Below, one piece after another: positions 49,050 to 58,813 of a stretch of 64,000 bases of DNA (its first letter is position 1; each line of letters opens with the position of its first letter). The position numbers were made by a program, and so were the translations under genes. Under the pieces are notes generated by a model. The model was not told the origin of the DNA. It searched no databases and was given only the letters and a program-made list of their open reading frames with translations. Origin of the DNA: Thermoanaerobaculia bacterium (GTDB lineage Bacteria > Acidobacteriota > Thermoanaerobaculia > Multivoradales > UBA5704); the NCBI GenBank assembly GCA_044226625.1, contig JBGAGQ010000007.1:64001-128000 (forward strand), written 5' to 3'.

Positions 49050-50162
49050 ATGCGCACCTACGCCGGGGTCTTCCTGCTCGCCGCCGCGGTCTCCCCTTCC
49101 TTCGCCGCGGAACCCCCGTCCGCTCCCGTCTTCGACGCCCGGGCGGCGGCCCGATTCGCCGATCTCGCCCTCGCCTGCGTGGGAAAGGAGTACCCGAACA
49201 AGATCGCCCACGTGATGACAAGCGACGCGGACGCCAAACCGCCGCGAGAGCTGACTCCCGCCTTCTTCGGCTGCTACGACTGGCACTCGTCGGTGCACGG
49301 GCACTGGCTGCTCGCAAGGCTCGCCAAGAGCTTTCCCGACGCGCCGTTCGCCGCTCCCGCCCGGGCGGCGCTCTCCCGGAGCCTCACGCCGGAGAAGATC
49401 GCTGGCGAGGCGCGCTATCTCGACGGACCGGGGCGGATCTCGTTCGAGCGACCGTACGGTCTCGCCTGGCTGCTCCAGCTCGGAGCGGAATTACGCGGCT
49501 GGGACGATCCGACGGCGAAGTCCTGGGCGGCCGCCCTGGAGCCGCTCGAGCGCGCGGCGGCGCAACGCCTCTCCACCTGGCTGCCGAAGCTGTCGCGGCC
49601 GATCCGGATCGGAGAGCACGATCAGACCGCGTTCGCCTTCGGCCTGATCTTCGACTGGGCGAAAAGCGCCGGCGACGCCGACCTCGAGCGGTTGGTCCGC
49701 TCGCGGGCCGAGGCGTTCTACCTCGCCGACCGCTCCTGCCCGCTCGCCTATGAGCCGTCGGGCCAGGATTTCCTCTCTCCGTGCCTAGCCGAGGCGGACC
49801 TGATGCGCCGCCTGCTGCCGGCCGACCGTTTCGCCGCCTGGCTCGGCGACTTCCTCCCCCAGATTCCCCGCCAGGCGGGGGCCGCCGGTGCCTCAGCGTG
49901 GCTCGAGCCGGCGGTGGTCACCGATCCCTCCGATCCCAAGCTCGCCCACCTCGACGGTCTCAACCTTTCGCGCGCCTGGATGCTCGAAGGGATCGCCGCC
50001 GGACTTCCCGCCGCCGACCCGCGCCTCGCCGCGCTCCGGGCGACCGCCCTTCGGCATCGCGCCGCGGGCCTCGCTGCGGTGACCGGTGAGCACTACGAAG
50101 GGGGACACTGGCTCGGTAGTTTCGCAACCTATCTGGTGACCGGGCGAGGTTTGGGGCGATAG
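49050..50162 (+). CDS. DUF2891 family protein
   Basis: EYPNK, PAFFGCYDWHSSVHGHW, FERPYG, HLDGLNLSRAW, YEGGHWLGSFA. Confidence 0.9.
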   Translation: MRTYAGVFLLAAAVSPSFAAEPPSAPVFDARAAARFADLALACVGKEYPNKIAHVMTSDADAKPPRELTPAFFGCYDWHSSVHGHWLLARLAKSFPDAPFAAPARAALSRSLTPEKIAGEARYLDGPGRISFERPYGLAWLLQLGAELRGWDDPTAKSWAAALEPLERAAAQRLSTWLPKLSRPIRIGEHDQTAFAFGLIFDWAKSAGDADLERLVRSRAEAFYLADRSCPLAYEPSGQDFLSPCLAEADLMRRLLPADRFAAWLGDFLPQIPRQAGAAGASAWLEPAVVTDPSDPKLAHLDGLNLSRAWMLEGIAAGLPAADPRLAALRATALRHRAAGLAAVTGEHYEGGHWLGSFATYLVTGRGLGR

Positions 50163-50238
50163 GAACCCAAGGGATGCCGCGCGGAGGAACCGCCGATTCG
50201 CGCGCCGGGGAGCCGCAACGGACTGGGAGGGTAGATCG

Positions 50239-51513
50239 GTGACCAACTTCGGGATCTCCGTCGCATTCTTCCTGCAGATCGCGATCGTCCTCGGGGCCTG
50301 CCGGCTGGTCGCGCGGTTGGTCAAACCGCTCGGGCAGCCCCAGGTGGTGGCCGAGATGATCACCGGCGTCCTGCTCGGCCCTTCCCTGTTCGGTCTGGTC
50401 GCCCCCGATCTCCAGGCGCGCCTCTTCCCCAAACCCACGCTCGCCGTGATCTACGCCGTGGCCCAGGTGGGTCTCGCGCTCTACATGTTCCTGGTCGGGC
50501 TCGAATTCGACCTCGAGCTGATCCGCAAGCGGGTGAAAAGCGCGGTCGTCGTCTCCTGGGCGGGGATCGTCACGCCGTTCGCCCTGGGCGCTCTGCTGGC
50601 CTGGGCTTTCCAAAGCCGGTTCCCGCTCTTCGCTCCCGAGGTCGCCTCCTGGGAGGCGATGCTCTTCATGGGCGCCGCGATGTCGATCACGGCGTTCCCC
50701 ATGCTCGCCCGGATCATCTACGAGCGCGGGCTCTCGGGCACCTCGCTCGGCACCTTGGCCCTCGCCGCCGGCTCGTCCGACGATGCGATGGCCTGGTGCG
50801 TCCTCGCGGTGGTCCTCGCGAGCTTCACCGGCAAGCTCTCGATCGCGGCGCTCGCGATCGGCGGCGGCGCGCTCTACGCCCTGTTCATGATCGGCTTCGC
50901 GCGCCCCCATCTCGGCCGGTTCTTCAACATGTTGGAAGCGAACCCGCGGCGCCGTTCCCTGGTGTTGCCGTTCACGCTCATTCTCGTCGCGCTTTGCGCA
51001 TGGGCGACCGATTCGATGGGGATCTACGCGGTCTTCGGCGCCTTCATCCTGGGCGTCGCGATGCCTCGCGGCGAGGTCGCCCGCCACATCGAGGGAGAGA
51101 CCTCCGCGCTCACCGGCACGCTCCTCCTGCCGTTCTTCTTCGTCAACTCGGGACTCAATACGAAGATCGGTTTGATCGACAGCCCGAGCCTTTGGGGCCT
51201 CGCCCTGCTGGTCCTGCTCGCCGCGACGTTCGGCAAGGGAGTCGCCTGCATGCTCGGCGCGCGAGTCTCCGGCGAGCCGTGGCGGGATTCGGTGGCGATC
51301 GGGGCCCTGATGAACGCCCGCGGGCTGATGGAGCTGATCATCCTGAACATCGGGCTGGAGCGGGGGGTGATCACGCCGACGCTCTTCACCATCATGGTGT
51401 TGATGGCGATCGTCACCACGCTCACCGCGGTGCCGGCGTTCAACCTGGTCTTCGGCGAGAAGAAGGGCGCGGAGATCGAAAACGCCCGGTCGGAGGCCTC
51501 CTCCCGAGCGTAA
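50239..51513 (+). CDS. Cation:proton antiporter (CPA2/KefB-like)
   Basis: GQPQVVAEMITGVLLGPS, SITAFPMLARI, DDAMAW, LMNARGLMELI; about 12 TM helices. Confidence 0.93.
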   Translation: MTNFGISVAFFLQIAIVLGACRLVARLVKPLGQPQVVAEMITGVLLGPSLFGLVAPDLQARLFPKPTLAVIYAVAQVGLALYMFLVGLEFDLELIRKRVKSAVVVSWAGIVTPFALGALLAWAFQSRFPLFAPEVASWEAMLFMGAAMSITAFPMLARIIYERGLSGTSLGTLALAAGSSDDAMAWCVLAVVLASFTGKLSIAALAIGGGALYALFMIGFARPHLGRFFNMLEANPRRRSLVLPFTLILVALCAWATDSMGIYAVFGAFILGVAMPRGEVARHIEGETSALTGTLLLPFFFVNSGLNTKIGLIDSPSLWGLALLVLLAATFGKGVACMLGARVSGEPWRDSVAIGALMNARGLMELIILNIGLERGVITPTLFTIMVLMAIVTTLTAVPAFNLVFGEKKGAEIENARSEASSRA

Positions 51514-51563
51514 GCGTCCTCGGTACGAGCGCCTGGCGGTGGGCCAGGCGGGATCGCGGAGCC

Positions 51564-52334
51564 CTACAGCAGCTCGGCTTTACGAGCCCGACGCAGGACT
51601 TCCCCTCCCAGTTTGCCGTAGGCGGCGGCACCGGTCGACCACGACTCGTAGTCGAAGATGCTGCGGCCGTGGCCGGGAGCCTCGGCGAGGCGGACGTTGA
51701 TCGGAATCTCCGTCTTGAGCACCTTGGAGCCGTACTTTTTGCGTAGCGTTTCGACTAGCTCCTCGGTGAGCTTCGTCCGGTGGTCGACCATGGTGAGGAG
51801 GATGCCGAGCAGCTGCCCTTTGCCCACCCGGTCGCGGTTCATCTCCAAGAGGTCGAAAAAGCCGCCGAGCGCGTCGGCGTCGAGGTGGTGCGGGGCGAGC
51901 GGCACCAGGTAGGCGTCGGATGCGGCGAGTCCGTTGACGGTGAGCACCGAAAGCCCCGGGGGGCAGTCGATCACGATCGCGTCGAACCGTCGCTTGATCG
52001 GCTGGAGCGCCTTCTTGAGCAGCTTCTCCGGTTCCTGCTTGCGCGCCACCGCGAGGTCCAGCCCGGCCAGGGCGAGCGCGCCGGGGATCACCTGCACCCC
52101 CTCGACCGTCGACTCCCGGATCGCCTCGACCGCTTCGACCTTGCCGAGCAGCAGGTCGGCGGTCGACGGGTCAGCCTCGGCGCGGGGAACTCCCAGCGAG
52201 TAGCTCGCCGAGCCCTGCGGGTCGAGGTCGACGACCAGGGTCTTCAATCCCCCCCGGGCAAAGGCCGCCGCCAGGTTCACCGCCGTCGTGGTCTTGCCGA
52301 CTCCTCCCTTGACGTTCACCAGAGCCAGATTCAT
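51564..52334 (-). CDS. Orphan ParA/Soj family ATPase
   Basis: KGGVGKTT, DLDPQG, IDCPP, LAEAP; no adjacent parB. Confidence 0.92.
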   Translation of the reverse strand: MNLALVNVKGGVGKTTTAVNLAAAFARGGLKTLVVDLDPQGSASYSLGVPRAEADPSTADLLLGKVEAVEAIRESTVEGVQVIPGALALAGLDLAVARKQEPEKLLKKALQPIKRRFDAIVIDCPPGLSVLTVNGLAASDAYLVPLAPHHLDADALGGFFDLLEMNRDRVGKGQLLGILLTMVDHRTKLTEELVETLRKKYGSKVLKTEIPINVRLAEAPGHGRSIFDYESWSTGAAAYGKLGGEVLRRARKAELL

Positions 52335-52454
52335 GGCGCCCTCCTCGTTTCAATCGATTCTACGAGAGTCTATCCGCCGGAAGGGGGCGAGCGCGAATCC
52401 TGTGCCGGGCTCGTCAAACGGTCGAAACCAAGCGCGATCAATGTGCGGAACGCC

Positions 52455-52715
52455 TCACGCGGCCCGGCGGTGCCGCCGCCCAGCCTTCCGACCGCCCAAC
52501 TTCGCGAAAGCGGGAGAAGCCGCCTGAATACGGTGCATCGCCTCGGGCGGGTATACCTTCTCGGCACACATGGGGCAAGCGTAGTAGGCCAGCGCCTTTA
52601 CGCTGTACTTTTCTCCCTGAAAGGTCGAAGACCAATCCTGGCGGACCCGCTGAATTTCCGGACTGCCGCAATTCGGGCAGGTCGACACGGCCAATTCTTC
52701 TCTCGTTTGGGGCAT
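52455..52715 (-). CDS. YgiT/MqsA-type zinc-finger protein (putative antitoxin)
   Basis: CPNC...CPMCAE zinc ribbon; no HTH. Confidence 0.75.
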   Translation of the reverse strand: MPQTREELAVSTCPNCGSPEIQRVRQDWSSTFQGEKYSVKALAYYACPMCAEKVYPPEAMHRIQAASPAFAKLGGRKAGRRHRRAA

Positions 52716-52716
52716 T

Positions 52717-53025
52717 TCAGTCAGACCTCTTCGAGGAGACTAGGAAGTAGAAGCGATCTTCGCCACCTTCCTGCACGAGTTTGCCTTTGGAGTAGATCAT
52801 GAGTCCTTCGAGGTTCGTGGCCTGGATCACATAGAGATACTCGGTTCGGCGAGCGCGAAATTCGCTCTGAGATCGAAGTCGCTTATAGATCGCAACGGCA
52901 TTCAAGATCGATTCCGCGACGTCGAGATCCGTGAGGCCGTCGACCTCCATCTCGACTCGCGCTTTTTCGCTGAACGCAAACCGACCTGAGAGAACTGCGC
53001 GCTTGATCCGAACCAGGATCTCCAT
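52717..53025 (-). CDS. DUF4258-like putative toxin
   Basis: FSEKARVEMEVDGLTDLDVAESILN pattern, directly upstream of the zinc-finger gene. Confidence 0.6.
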   Translation of the reverse strand: MEILVRIKRAVLSGRFAFSEKARVEMEVDGLTDLDVAESILNAVAIYKRLRSQSEFRARRTEYLYVIQATNLEGLMIYSKGKLVQEGGEDRFYFLVSSKRSD

Positions 53026-53130
53026 TCGGGAATGTTACCAGCGATGCTGGAAGTGGAGTGACCGCACCGGAACCGGGGCGCCTGCTGGCGCGCCCCGGCA
53101 TTCCGGGCTGTCTTGCCGAGGAAACTCGCC

Positions 53131-53331
53131 TCAGGCCGAGGCGATCGACCAGAGGAAGAGGAGCACTCCACAGCCGACCAGGAACGCCCCCGGGAACATG
53201 AAGACGATGAAGGCGAGAGGATGCGCCGAGCCGAGGGTGGCCGCCTGGATGGCGAGGCCGGGGCCGATGAGCCAGGCGGCGCGTCGCAGGCGTCGGTCGA
53301 TCTTCCGCGGAGCGACTTCGGCGGTCGTCAT
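53131..53331 (-). CDS. Small two-TM membrane protein coupled to the NapC-like gene
   Basis: Two hydrophobic helices; ATGA overlap with the upstream cytochrome gene. Confidence 0.65.
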   Translation of the reverse strand: MTTAEVAPRKIDRRLRRAAWLIGPGLAIQAATLGSAHPLAFIVFMFPGAFLVGCGVLLFLWSIASA

Positions 53332-53933
53332 GGCGTCTCCTCCTTCCAAAGGGCGTGCTTGGCAAGGTTCGCCGCGTCGTGGATGTCGCTATGGCACTCG
53401 ATGCAGGAGGTCTTGCCGGTAGCGAAATCCTCGAGCTGGTCCTCGTGCCCCCCGCTTTCGACATAACCGCGCGCTCCGGCATGACAGTGCAGGCACTCGC
53501 GGTTCTGGAACGGCTCGTAGAGCTCGATCTTCTTCGGGATCGTGCCCAGGTAGTTGATGTAGAGATGGCGTAGACCTCGGACCTTCGCCTTCATGCCCCC
53601 GAACATCGCGTAGTTCGTATGGCAGGTGTAACAGGCTTGATCGCGGGGGATGCGCCGGTTCTGGTAATGCGCCGCCGGAACGAAATCGCCGCTATCGATC
53701 CGCAGGCTCTTTCCGTACGGCTCCATTACGTGGCACGAGAGACAGAACTGAGTCGACTTCGACCGGTCCAGGTGCTCCTCCAGCGCGAACGCCGACCCTA
53801 GGAGGGGCAGCAGGAAGAACGCCAGGAACGCCACGATCTTGCCGCCCCGAACTGCCGTCAGGTCGGGACGTAAAGCGAGGACCGCGACGAGGGCGATCGC
53901 GAAGACGATCAGTGAGATGACGGCCAATGCCAT
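53328..53933 (-). CDS. NapC/NirT/CymA family tetraheme cytochrome c (quinol dehydrogenase)
   Basis: Two N-terminal TM helices; four heme motifs: FCLSCHVM, CYTCH, CLHCH, CIECH. Confidence 0.9.
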   Translation of the reverse strand: MALAVISLIVFAIALVAVLALRPDLTAVRGGKIVAFLAFFLLPLLGSAFALEEHLDRSKSTQFCLSCHVMEPYGKSLRIDSGDFVPAAHYQNRRIPRDQACYTCHTNYAMFGGMKAKVRGLRHLYINYLGTIPKKIELYEPFQNRECLHCHAGARGYVESGGHEDQLEDFATGKTSCIECHSDIHDAANLAKHALWKEETP

Positions 53934-53966
53934 GGGATTTTCCCTCCCGTCGACGCGAGTGCGCCG

Positions 53967-54320
53967 TCATTTCGCCTTTTGGGTCGCCAACCAGTCGAGG
54001 ATCGCCTTGATTTCTTCGTCTGTTCCCTTAAACTCTTTACCGTGCTTCTTCCCATCCTTGTTGGGCTCCAGCTTGCGGACGAACCGGGTGAGCCGCGCCT
54101 CGTCGGCGACGGTCACCGTGCCCGTGAGGTCCGGGGCCTTCACCTTTTCACTGGTCTTCGCCACGCCCGCGGACGACACGCCGTGACACAGGTTGCACTT
54201 CTGGGCGATGAAGACCTCCTTCCCATCGAGAGCGTGCGCGGAAGACGCCGCCAGGAAGCTGAGGGCGGCGCCCGCGAGCGCCAAGCCGAGGGTTCGTGCG
54301 GTGCTAGCTGGTGTCTGCAT
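53967..54320 (-). CDS. Periplasmic monoheme cytochrome c
   Basis: RBS AAGGAGG, signal peptide ending AHA, single CNLCH, APDL; distal His (KKH) and no Met in the mature part. Confidence 0.9.
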   Translation of the reverse strand: MQTPASTARTLGLALAGAALSFLAASSAHALDGKEVFIAQKCNLCHGVSSAGVAKTSEKVKAPDLTGTVTVADEARLTRFVRKLEPNKDGKKHGKEFKGTDEEIKAILDWLATQKAK

Positions 54321-54444
54321 GATCCGGTCTCCTCCTTCTTGTAGGACGGCTGAAGTCTAACGCCGCGATCGGCGCGCCGAAACCGGGACGAATCGGCCGG
54401 GCGCCGAGTCTACCCCGTGGCGAGACGCCGCATGGCCAGCCCTA

Positions 54445-54512
54445 CCTTGGGGGGTGGGGCCGAGGCCACCTGCCAAGGGTGCGACATTCGGAACACGTCT
54501 TGAGACATTGTG
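54445..54512. promoter_or_regulatory. Candidate regulator sites in the divergent cytochrome promoter
   Basis: Direct repeat TG(C/A)GACATT at 54480 and 54501 (21 bp apart); inverted repeat ccttgg..ggtgg / ccacc..ccaagg at 54445-54478. Confidence 0.4.
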
Positions 54513-54582
54513 CGCGTCGTTCTTTCCTCGAGTTGGCTTCACCAGTGAACCGGGACCTACCCCGGTCGGAGGGGATCACGGT

Positions 54583-55557
54583 ATGAATCCCAGACTTCGA
54601 GTTACGCTCCTTTCACTCGCCGGCATCCTTGCGGCAAGCGGCGCAGTCCATGCGCTCGGCTTCGCACTGATCCCCGGGCACGGCTCCGACGCTCCCGCGC
54701 AACGGACCCTGGCCGAGCCGGCGACCACCGCACCGGCGGGTTCGGGATACGCCGGCAACGAGGCATGCATCGGCTGCCACGGGGACCAGGCGGATCACAT
54801 CGCCAACACCCCGCACGGCCGGGCCGGCTTCCAGAAGCTCTCGTCGCTCGGCTGCGAGACCTGCCATGGGCCGGGCAACGCCCACGCGGAATCGCCCGAC
54901 GATCCCGCCCTCTTTCCAAAGCTAGAGAAATTGCCGGCCGCTCAAGCCTCCGCCGTTTGCCAGGGCTGCCACTCGGGCGGCAAACAGTTCTTCTGGCACA
55001 ACGGGCGCCACGAGGCGCGCGGCCTGTCGTGCATCTCCTGCCATAGCGTCCACTCGCCGAAATCGGAGAAGGCGCAGCTCAAGCAGGCGTCGGTGACCGA
55101 GCAGTGCTTCTCCTGCCACAAAGACGTGCGGGCCGACACGTACAAGACTTCGCACCACCCGATCCGCGAAGGAAAGATCTCCTGCGTCGACTGCCACAAC
55201 CCGCACGGCAGCCAGTCGCCGAAGATGATCGAAGCGGAATCGGTCAACGAACAGTGCTACGCCTGCCATACCGAGAAGCGCGGACCGTTCCTCTGGGAGC
55301 ATCCGCCGGTACGGGAGAACTGCCTCAACTGCCACTCGCCGCACGGATCGAACCATCTGAAGCTTCAGAAGACCTCGGTTCCTTACATCTGCCAGCAGTG
55401 CCACGCCAACACCCGGCACCCCGGCACGCTCTACGACGCCACCACCCTGGGCGACGGCGCGCGGGCGAGCAACCGAATCTTCAACCGTGCCTGCCTCGAC
55501 TGCCACGCTTCGATCCATGGCAGCAACAACCCATCCAGCCCGTATCTCGGCCATTGA
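54583..55557 (+). CDS. DmsE/MtrA/MtoA family decaheme cytochrome c
   Basis: Signal peptide and ten CxxCH motifs (CIGCH, CETCH, CQGCH, CISCH, CFSCH, CVDCH, CYACH, CLNCH, CQQCH, CLDCH); SHHPIREG, EKRGPFLWEHPPV, HGSNNPS. Confidence 0.96.
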   Translation: MNPRLRVTLLSLAGILAASGAVHALGFALIPGHGSDAPAQRTLAEPATTAPAGSGYAGNEACIGCHGDQADHIANTPHGRAGFQKLSSLGCETCHGPGNAHAESPDDPALFPKLEKLPAAQASAVCQGCHSGGKQFFWHNGRHEARGLSCISCHSVHSPKSEKAQLKQASVTEQCFSCHKDVRADTYKTSHHPIREGKISCVDCHNPHGSQSPKMIEAESVNEQCYACHTEKRGPFLWEHPPVRENCLNCHSPHGSNHLKLQKTSVPYICQQCHANTRHPGTLYDATTLGDGARASNRIFNRACLDCHASIHGSNNPSSPYLGH

Positions 55558-55584
55558 CCCGAACGTCTTTACCGGAGCGAGAAG

Positions 55585-57858
55585 ATGAGAACTCAACGGA
55601 AAGTCTCCCTTCCGATCCTGCCGCTGGTGCTGCTGCTCGCACCTCTCGGCCCTCTATATGCCGATAGCGGCGGCTCGGGACAAGGCCCCTTCAGCTTCCA
55701 CTTGGACCCCGTGGTCCTCGAGTACCTGAGCCTCGACCAGGACACGAACTCGTCGAAGTTCCAGGAGTATCGAGACCTCGACAGCGGCTTCCGCATCCCC
55801 CTGCTCAAGGCGTGGGGCGAGAGCGCCGACGGCAACCGGACGATCGATTTCACCGCCCAGAACGTCTGGCGTGACGACGCCCGCCTCGGCCTCGATTACG
55901 CGGTGGCCGGCAAGTACGGCGTGTCGTTCTCGTACGACAAGATCCCGCACCGTTTCGGCAACGACGCCACGTCCCTCTGGACGCGCACGGCGGCCGGCCG
56001 GTTCGAGATCGACGACTCGATCCAGCGCGCGAACCAGACGGCTCTCGCCGCCCAGTTCGCGGCGAACCGAGCGCTGATTACCTTCCCCTTCCTGAACAAC
56101 CTTCTCGCTCCCGAGCTGGCCGCCGCCCGCAAGATCGACGTCTCGCTCGAACGGGAGCGCTCCCGGATCGACTTCGACCTCGGCACGTTGAAGGGTCTGT
56201 CCTGGGACATCTCGCTGTTCAACGAGAAGCGGACCGGTCTACGGCCTTACGGCGCCGCGTTCGGATTCAGCAACTCGACCGAGATCGTCGAGCCGATCGA
56301 CTACGACACCTCCGAGGTGACGGCGCGTGGCGAATGGGCCGGCAAGAACGGCGGTCTGGTTTTCGGCTTCCGCTCGTCGCGCTTCGAGAACTCGATCAAG
56401 AGCGTCACCTGGGACAACCCCTTCCGCATCACCGACGCGACCGATCCTTCCGCCTACACCGCCCCAGGCAGCGGCTCGATCAACGGTCCGGCGATCGGAA
56501 GGAACGCGTTGGCCCCCGACAACAAAGCCGGGAGCTTCTTCCTGGACGGCCGCTGGCGCTTCAGCAGCGGCTGGTGGGCGAACGGCAGCGCCAGCAAGAC
56601 CCGGATGACCCAGGACGAGGCGTTGCTCGCCTACACGACGAACACCGCGATCAACACCCGCGGCGGCGCGCCGTTCGACGCGACGTTGCGGTCGAACCTC
56701 CCCCAGCAGACGGCGGATCGGACGGCGGACGTCACCACGTTCTCCGCCAACGCGGGCGGCAAGTTCGCGAACGTCTTCGGCCTCACGTTCCGGCTCAAGT
56801 CGTACGAGTACAAGGACGATAGCGATCGGATCACGATCCCCGGCTACGCCCGATTCGACGCGGCCTGGATCGCCACCGGCCGGATCACCGTGCCGCCGCA
56901 GTTCAAGCGGACCGATTTCGGCAGCGAGCTCACCTGGGACGTCGCGCCCTCGACCAGCCTCGGTCTGTCGTGGAACCGTCAGACCTGGGATCGGAAACGC
57001 CGTGAAGTGGAAAAGACCGACGAGGACGTCTTCAAGCTGACCGCCGACTCGCGGGCGTGGAAAAACGTCACCCTGCGCGCGGCGCTCGAGCACGGCGACA
57101 AGTCGATCGGCCACTACGACGTCGAGGCCGCCGAAGACAGCTTCGTGATCTCGACGGGCGCCACCAACCTGCCCGATCTCCGCAAGTTCGACGAGGCGGC
57201 GCGGACCTACGATGCTTGGAGAATCGGCGCCGACTTCGTGGTAGGCGAGGCTTGGTCGTTCAACCTCGGCACGACGGGACGGAAGGACGACTACGACAAG
57301 AGCGCGTTCGGCTTGATCTCGGACGACACGCAGCACTTCGACTTCGAGCTCGGCTACACGCCGAACGACAAGTTGGACGTCTACCTGTTCGGCGACCGGT
57401 CGGACCGCAAGACCTTCCAGAAGTCGCGGCAGTCCGGGGCGACCCCCTCGACCAACCCGCTCGACAGCTGGCAGGCCGAGTTCAAGGAAGTCAACGACAC
57501 GTGGGGTCTCGGTTGGAACCAGACCTACACCGCGCAGTGGAAGAGCTCGGTCGAAGGCCGCTGGTCCAAGTCCGACGGCAAGGCCGACCTGTTCAGCCCT
57601 CCCGGTGGAACGCCGGACCGCGCGGTCGGTTTCGACAACTACGAGGACATCGAGCTGTTCTCGATCTCGGGCAAGCTCGATTTCACGCTCAACAAGAACG
57701 TCGGTTTCGGGCTGTGGTACCTCTACGAGGACTACACGATCGACAGCTTCATCCGCCAGGGACTGCAGAACTACCTGCCGGGCTCGCTGCTCCTGAACGC
57801 CGACAACGGCGACTACAACGCGAACCTCTTCGCGGGCTACGTCCGGTTGAGCCTCTAA
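55585..57858 (+). CDS. MtrB/PioB family outer-membrane beta-barrel porin
   Basis: Follows the decaheme gene; SSKFQEYRD, EPIDYDT, WDNP, ALAPDN, RKFD; amphipathic strands, C-terminal YVRLSL. Confidence 0.93.
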   Translation: MRTQRKVSLPILPLVLLLAPLGPLYADSGGSGQGPFSFHLDPVVLEYLSLDQDTNSSKFQEYRDLDSGFRIPLLKAWGESADGNRTIDFTAQNVWRDDARLGLDYAVAGKYGVSFSYDKIPHRFGNDATSLWTRTAAGRFEIDDSIQRANQTALAAQFAANRALITFPFLNNLLAPELAAARKIDVSLERERSRIDFDLGTLKGLSWDISLFNEKRTGLRPYGAAFGFSNSTEIVEPIDYDTSEVTARGEWAGKNGGLVFGFRSSRFENSIKSVTWDNPFRITDATDPSAYTAPGSGSINGPAIGRNALAPDNKAGSFFLDGRWRFSSGWWANGSASKTRMTQDEALLAYTTNTAINTRGGAPFDATLRSNLPQQTADRTADVTTFSANAGGKFANVFGLTFRLKSYEYKDDSDRITIPGYARFDAAWIATGRITVPPQFKRTDFGSELTWDVAPSTSLGLSWNRQTWDRKRREVEKTDEDVFKLTADSRAWKNVTLRAALEHGDKSIGHYDVEAAEDSFVISTGATNLPDLRKFDEAARTYDAWRIGADFVVGEAWSFNLGTTGRKDDYDKSAFGLISDDTQHFDFELGYTPNDKLDVYLFGDRSDRKTFQKSRQSGATPSTNPLDSWQAEFKEVNDTWGLGWNQTYTAQWKSSVEGRWSKSDGKADLFSPPGGTPDRAVGFDNYEDIELFSISGKLDFTLNKNVGFGLWYLYEDYTIDSFIRQGLQNYLPGSLLLNADNGDYNANLFAGYVRLSL

Positions 57859-57911
57859 GAAGCAATCTCCCCTGCCCGGGTGCGGACGGCGCCCGGGCCT
57901 GAACCAAATCC

Positions 57912-57942
57912 CGGGGCGGAGCAATCCGCCCCGCTTTTTTTT
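57912..57942 (+). terminator. Rho-independent terminator after the mtrB-like gene
   Basis: cggggcgga-gcaa-tccgccccg followed by c and a T8 tract. Confidence 0.88.
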
Positions 57943-58085
57943 GGCGAGAAGGTCCGACGGGATCGAGGGCTGAGAGGGCGAGGGACCGCCGCGCGGCGGG
58001 AGGAGGGACGGCGACGGCGGGTCCGCTCGAACCGTATACCTGACGAATCCACCACCGCCAAGAGAACCGAAGCCCCTTGCCCGCG

Positions 58086-58793
58086 ATGGGAACTCTTCAA
58101 ATCCTGCGCCGTTTCGGCGAGCCGCTGCTCGACGACATCCTCGCCGGCCGCAGGCTCGCGCGGACCGCAGCTCGACTCGTCGTGACGATGGCGCTCGGAG
58201 CCGCGATCTACGGCGCGGTCTTCGGCTCTTGGCACGGCTCGCTCCTGGCGCTCTACGTCGCGGCGAAGTTCCCGCTCGTCCTGCTCGCCACGACCGCGGT
58301 CACTCTGCTCTTCAGTTGGATCGCCGCGCGCCTGCTCGGCCTGCCGCTTTCGCTGGCGCAGGCCGCCGTCCTCACCCTTCTCTCGCTCACCGTCGCGAGC
58401 CTCGTGCTCGCCGCTCTCGCGCCGGTGGCCGCCCTGTTCGTCTACGGTTCGCCGCGGCCGACGCCGGAGGCGCGCACCGCCCATAACGTGCTCTACCTGA
58501 TGCACACCTTTCTGGTCGGCCTGGCCGGCATCGCGGGTACCCGGGCCCTCTGGAGCGCGCTCTCCCGCCTCGCGGCCCCTCGCTCGACGCTACGCGCCGC
58601 CTACGCCCTTTGGTTGTTCGTCTTCGCGCTCGTCGGCGGCGAGATCGCCTGGGCGATGCGGCCTTTCGTCGGCAGCGTCTACGCCCCGGTAACCTTCCTG
58701 CGCGAGCGTCCGCTCGACGGCAACGTCTACGAATTCGTGGTCACCGACGTGATCCCCCACCTCTTCGACCGCCTTTTTCCCGACTTCGACTGA
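58086..58793 (+). CDS. Five-TM membrane protein (Yip1-like hypothetical), paralog 1
   Basis: AIYGAVFG, AAKFPL, GEIAWAMRPFVGS; hydrophobic helices. Confidence 0.75.
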   Translation: MGTLQILRRFGEPLLDDILAGRRLARTAARLVVTMALGAAIYGAVFGSWHGSLLALYVAAKFPLVLLATTAVTLLFSWIAARLLGLPLSLAQAAVLTLLSLTVASLVLAALAPVAALFVYGSPRPTPEARTAHNVLYLMHTFLVGLAGIAGTRALWSALSRLAAPRSTLRAAYALWLFVFALVGGEIAWAMRPFVGSVYAPVTFLRERPLDGNVYEFVVTDVIPHLFDRLFPDFD

Positions 58794-58813
58794 TCCAGGA
58801 GCCGAGAATCGCC

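Noticed and set aside
51564-52334. parA as evidence of a plasmid, prophage or replication origin
   Set aside because: No parB, rep, integrase or phage genes nearby; orphan ParA proteins are common.
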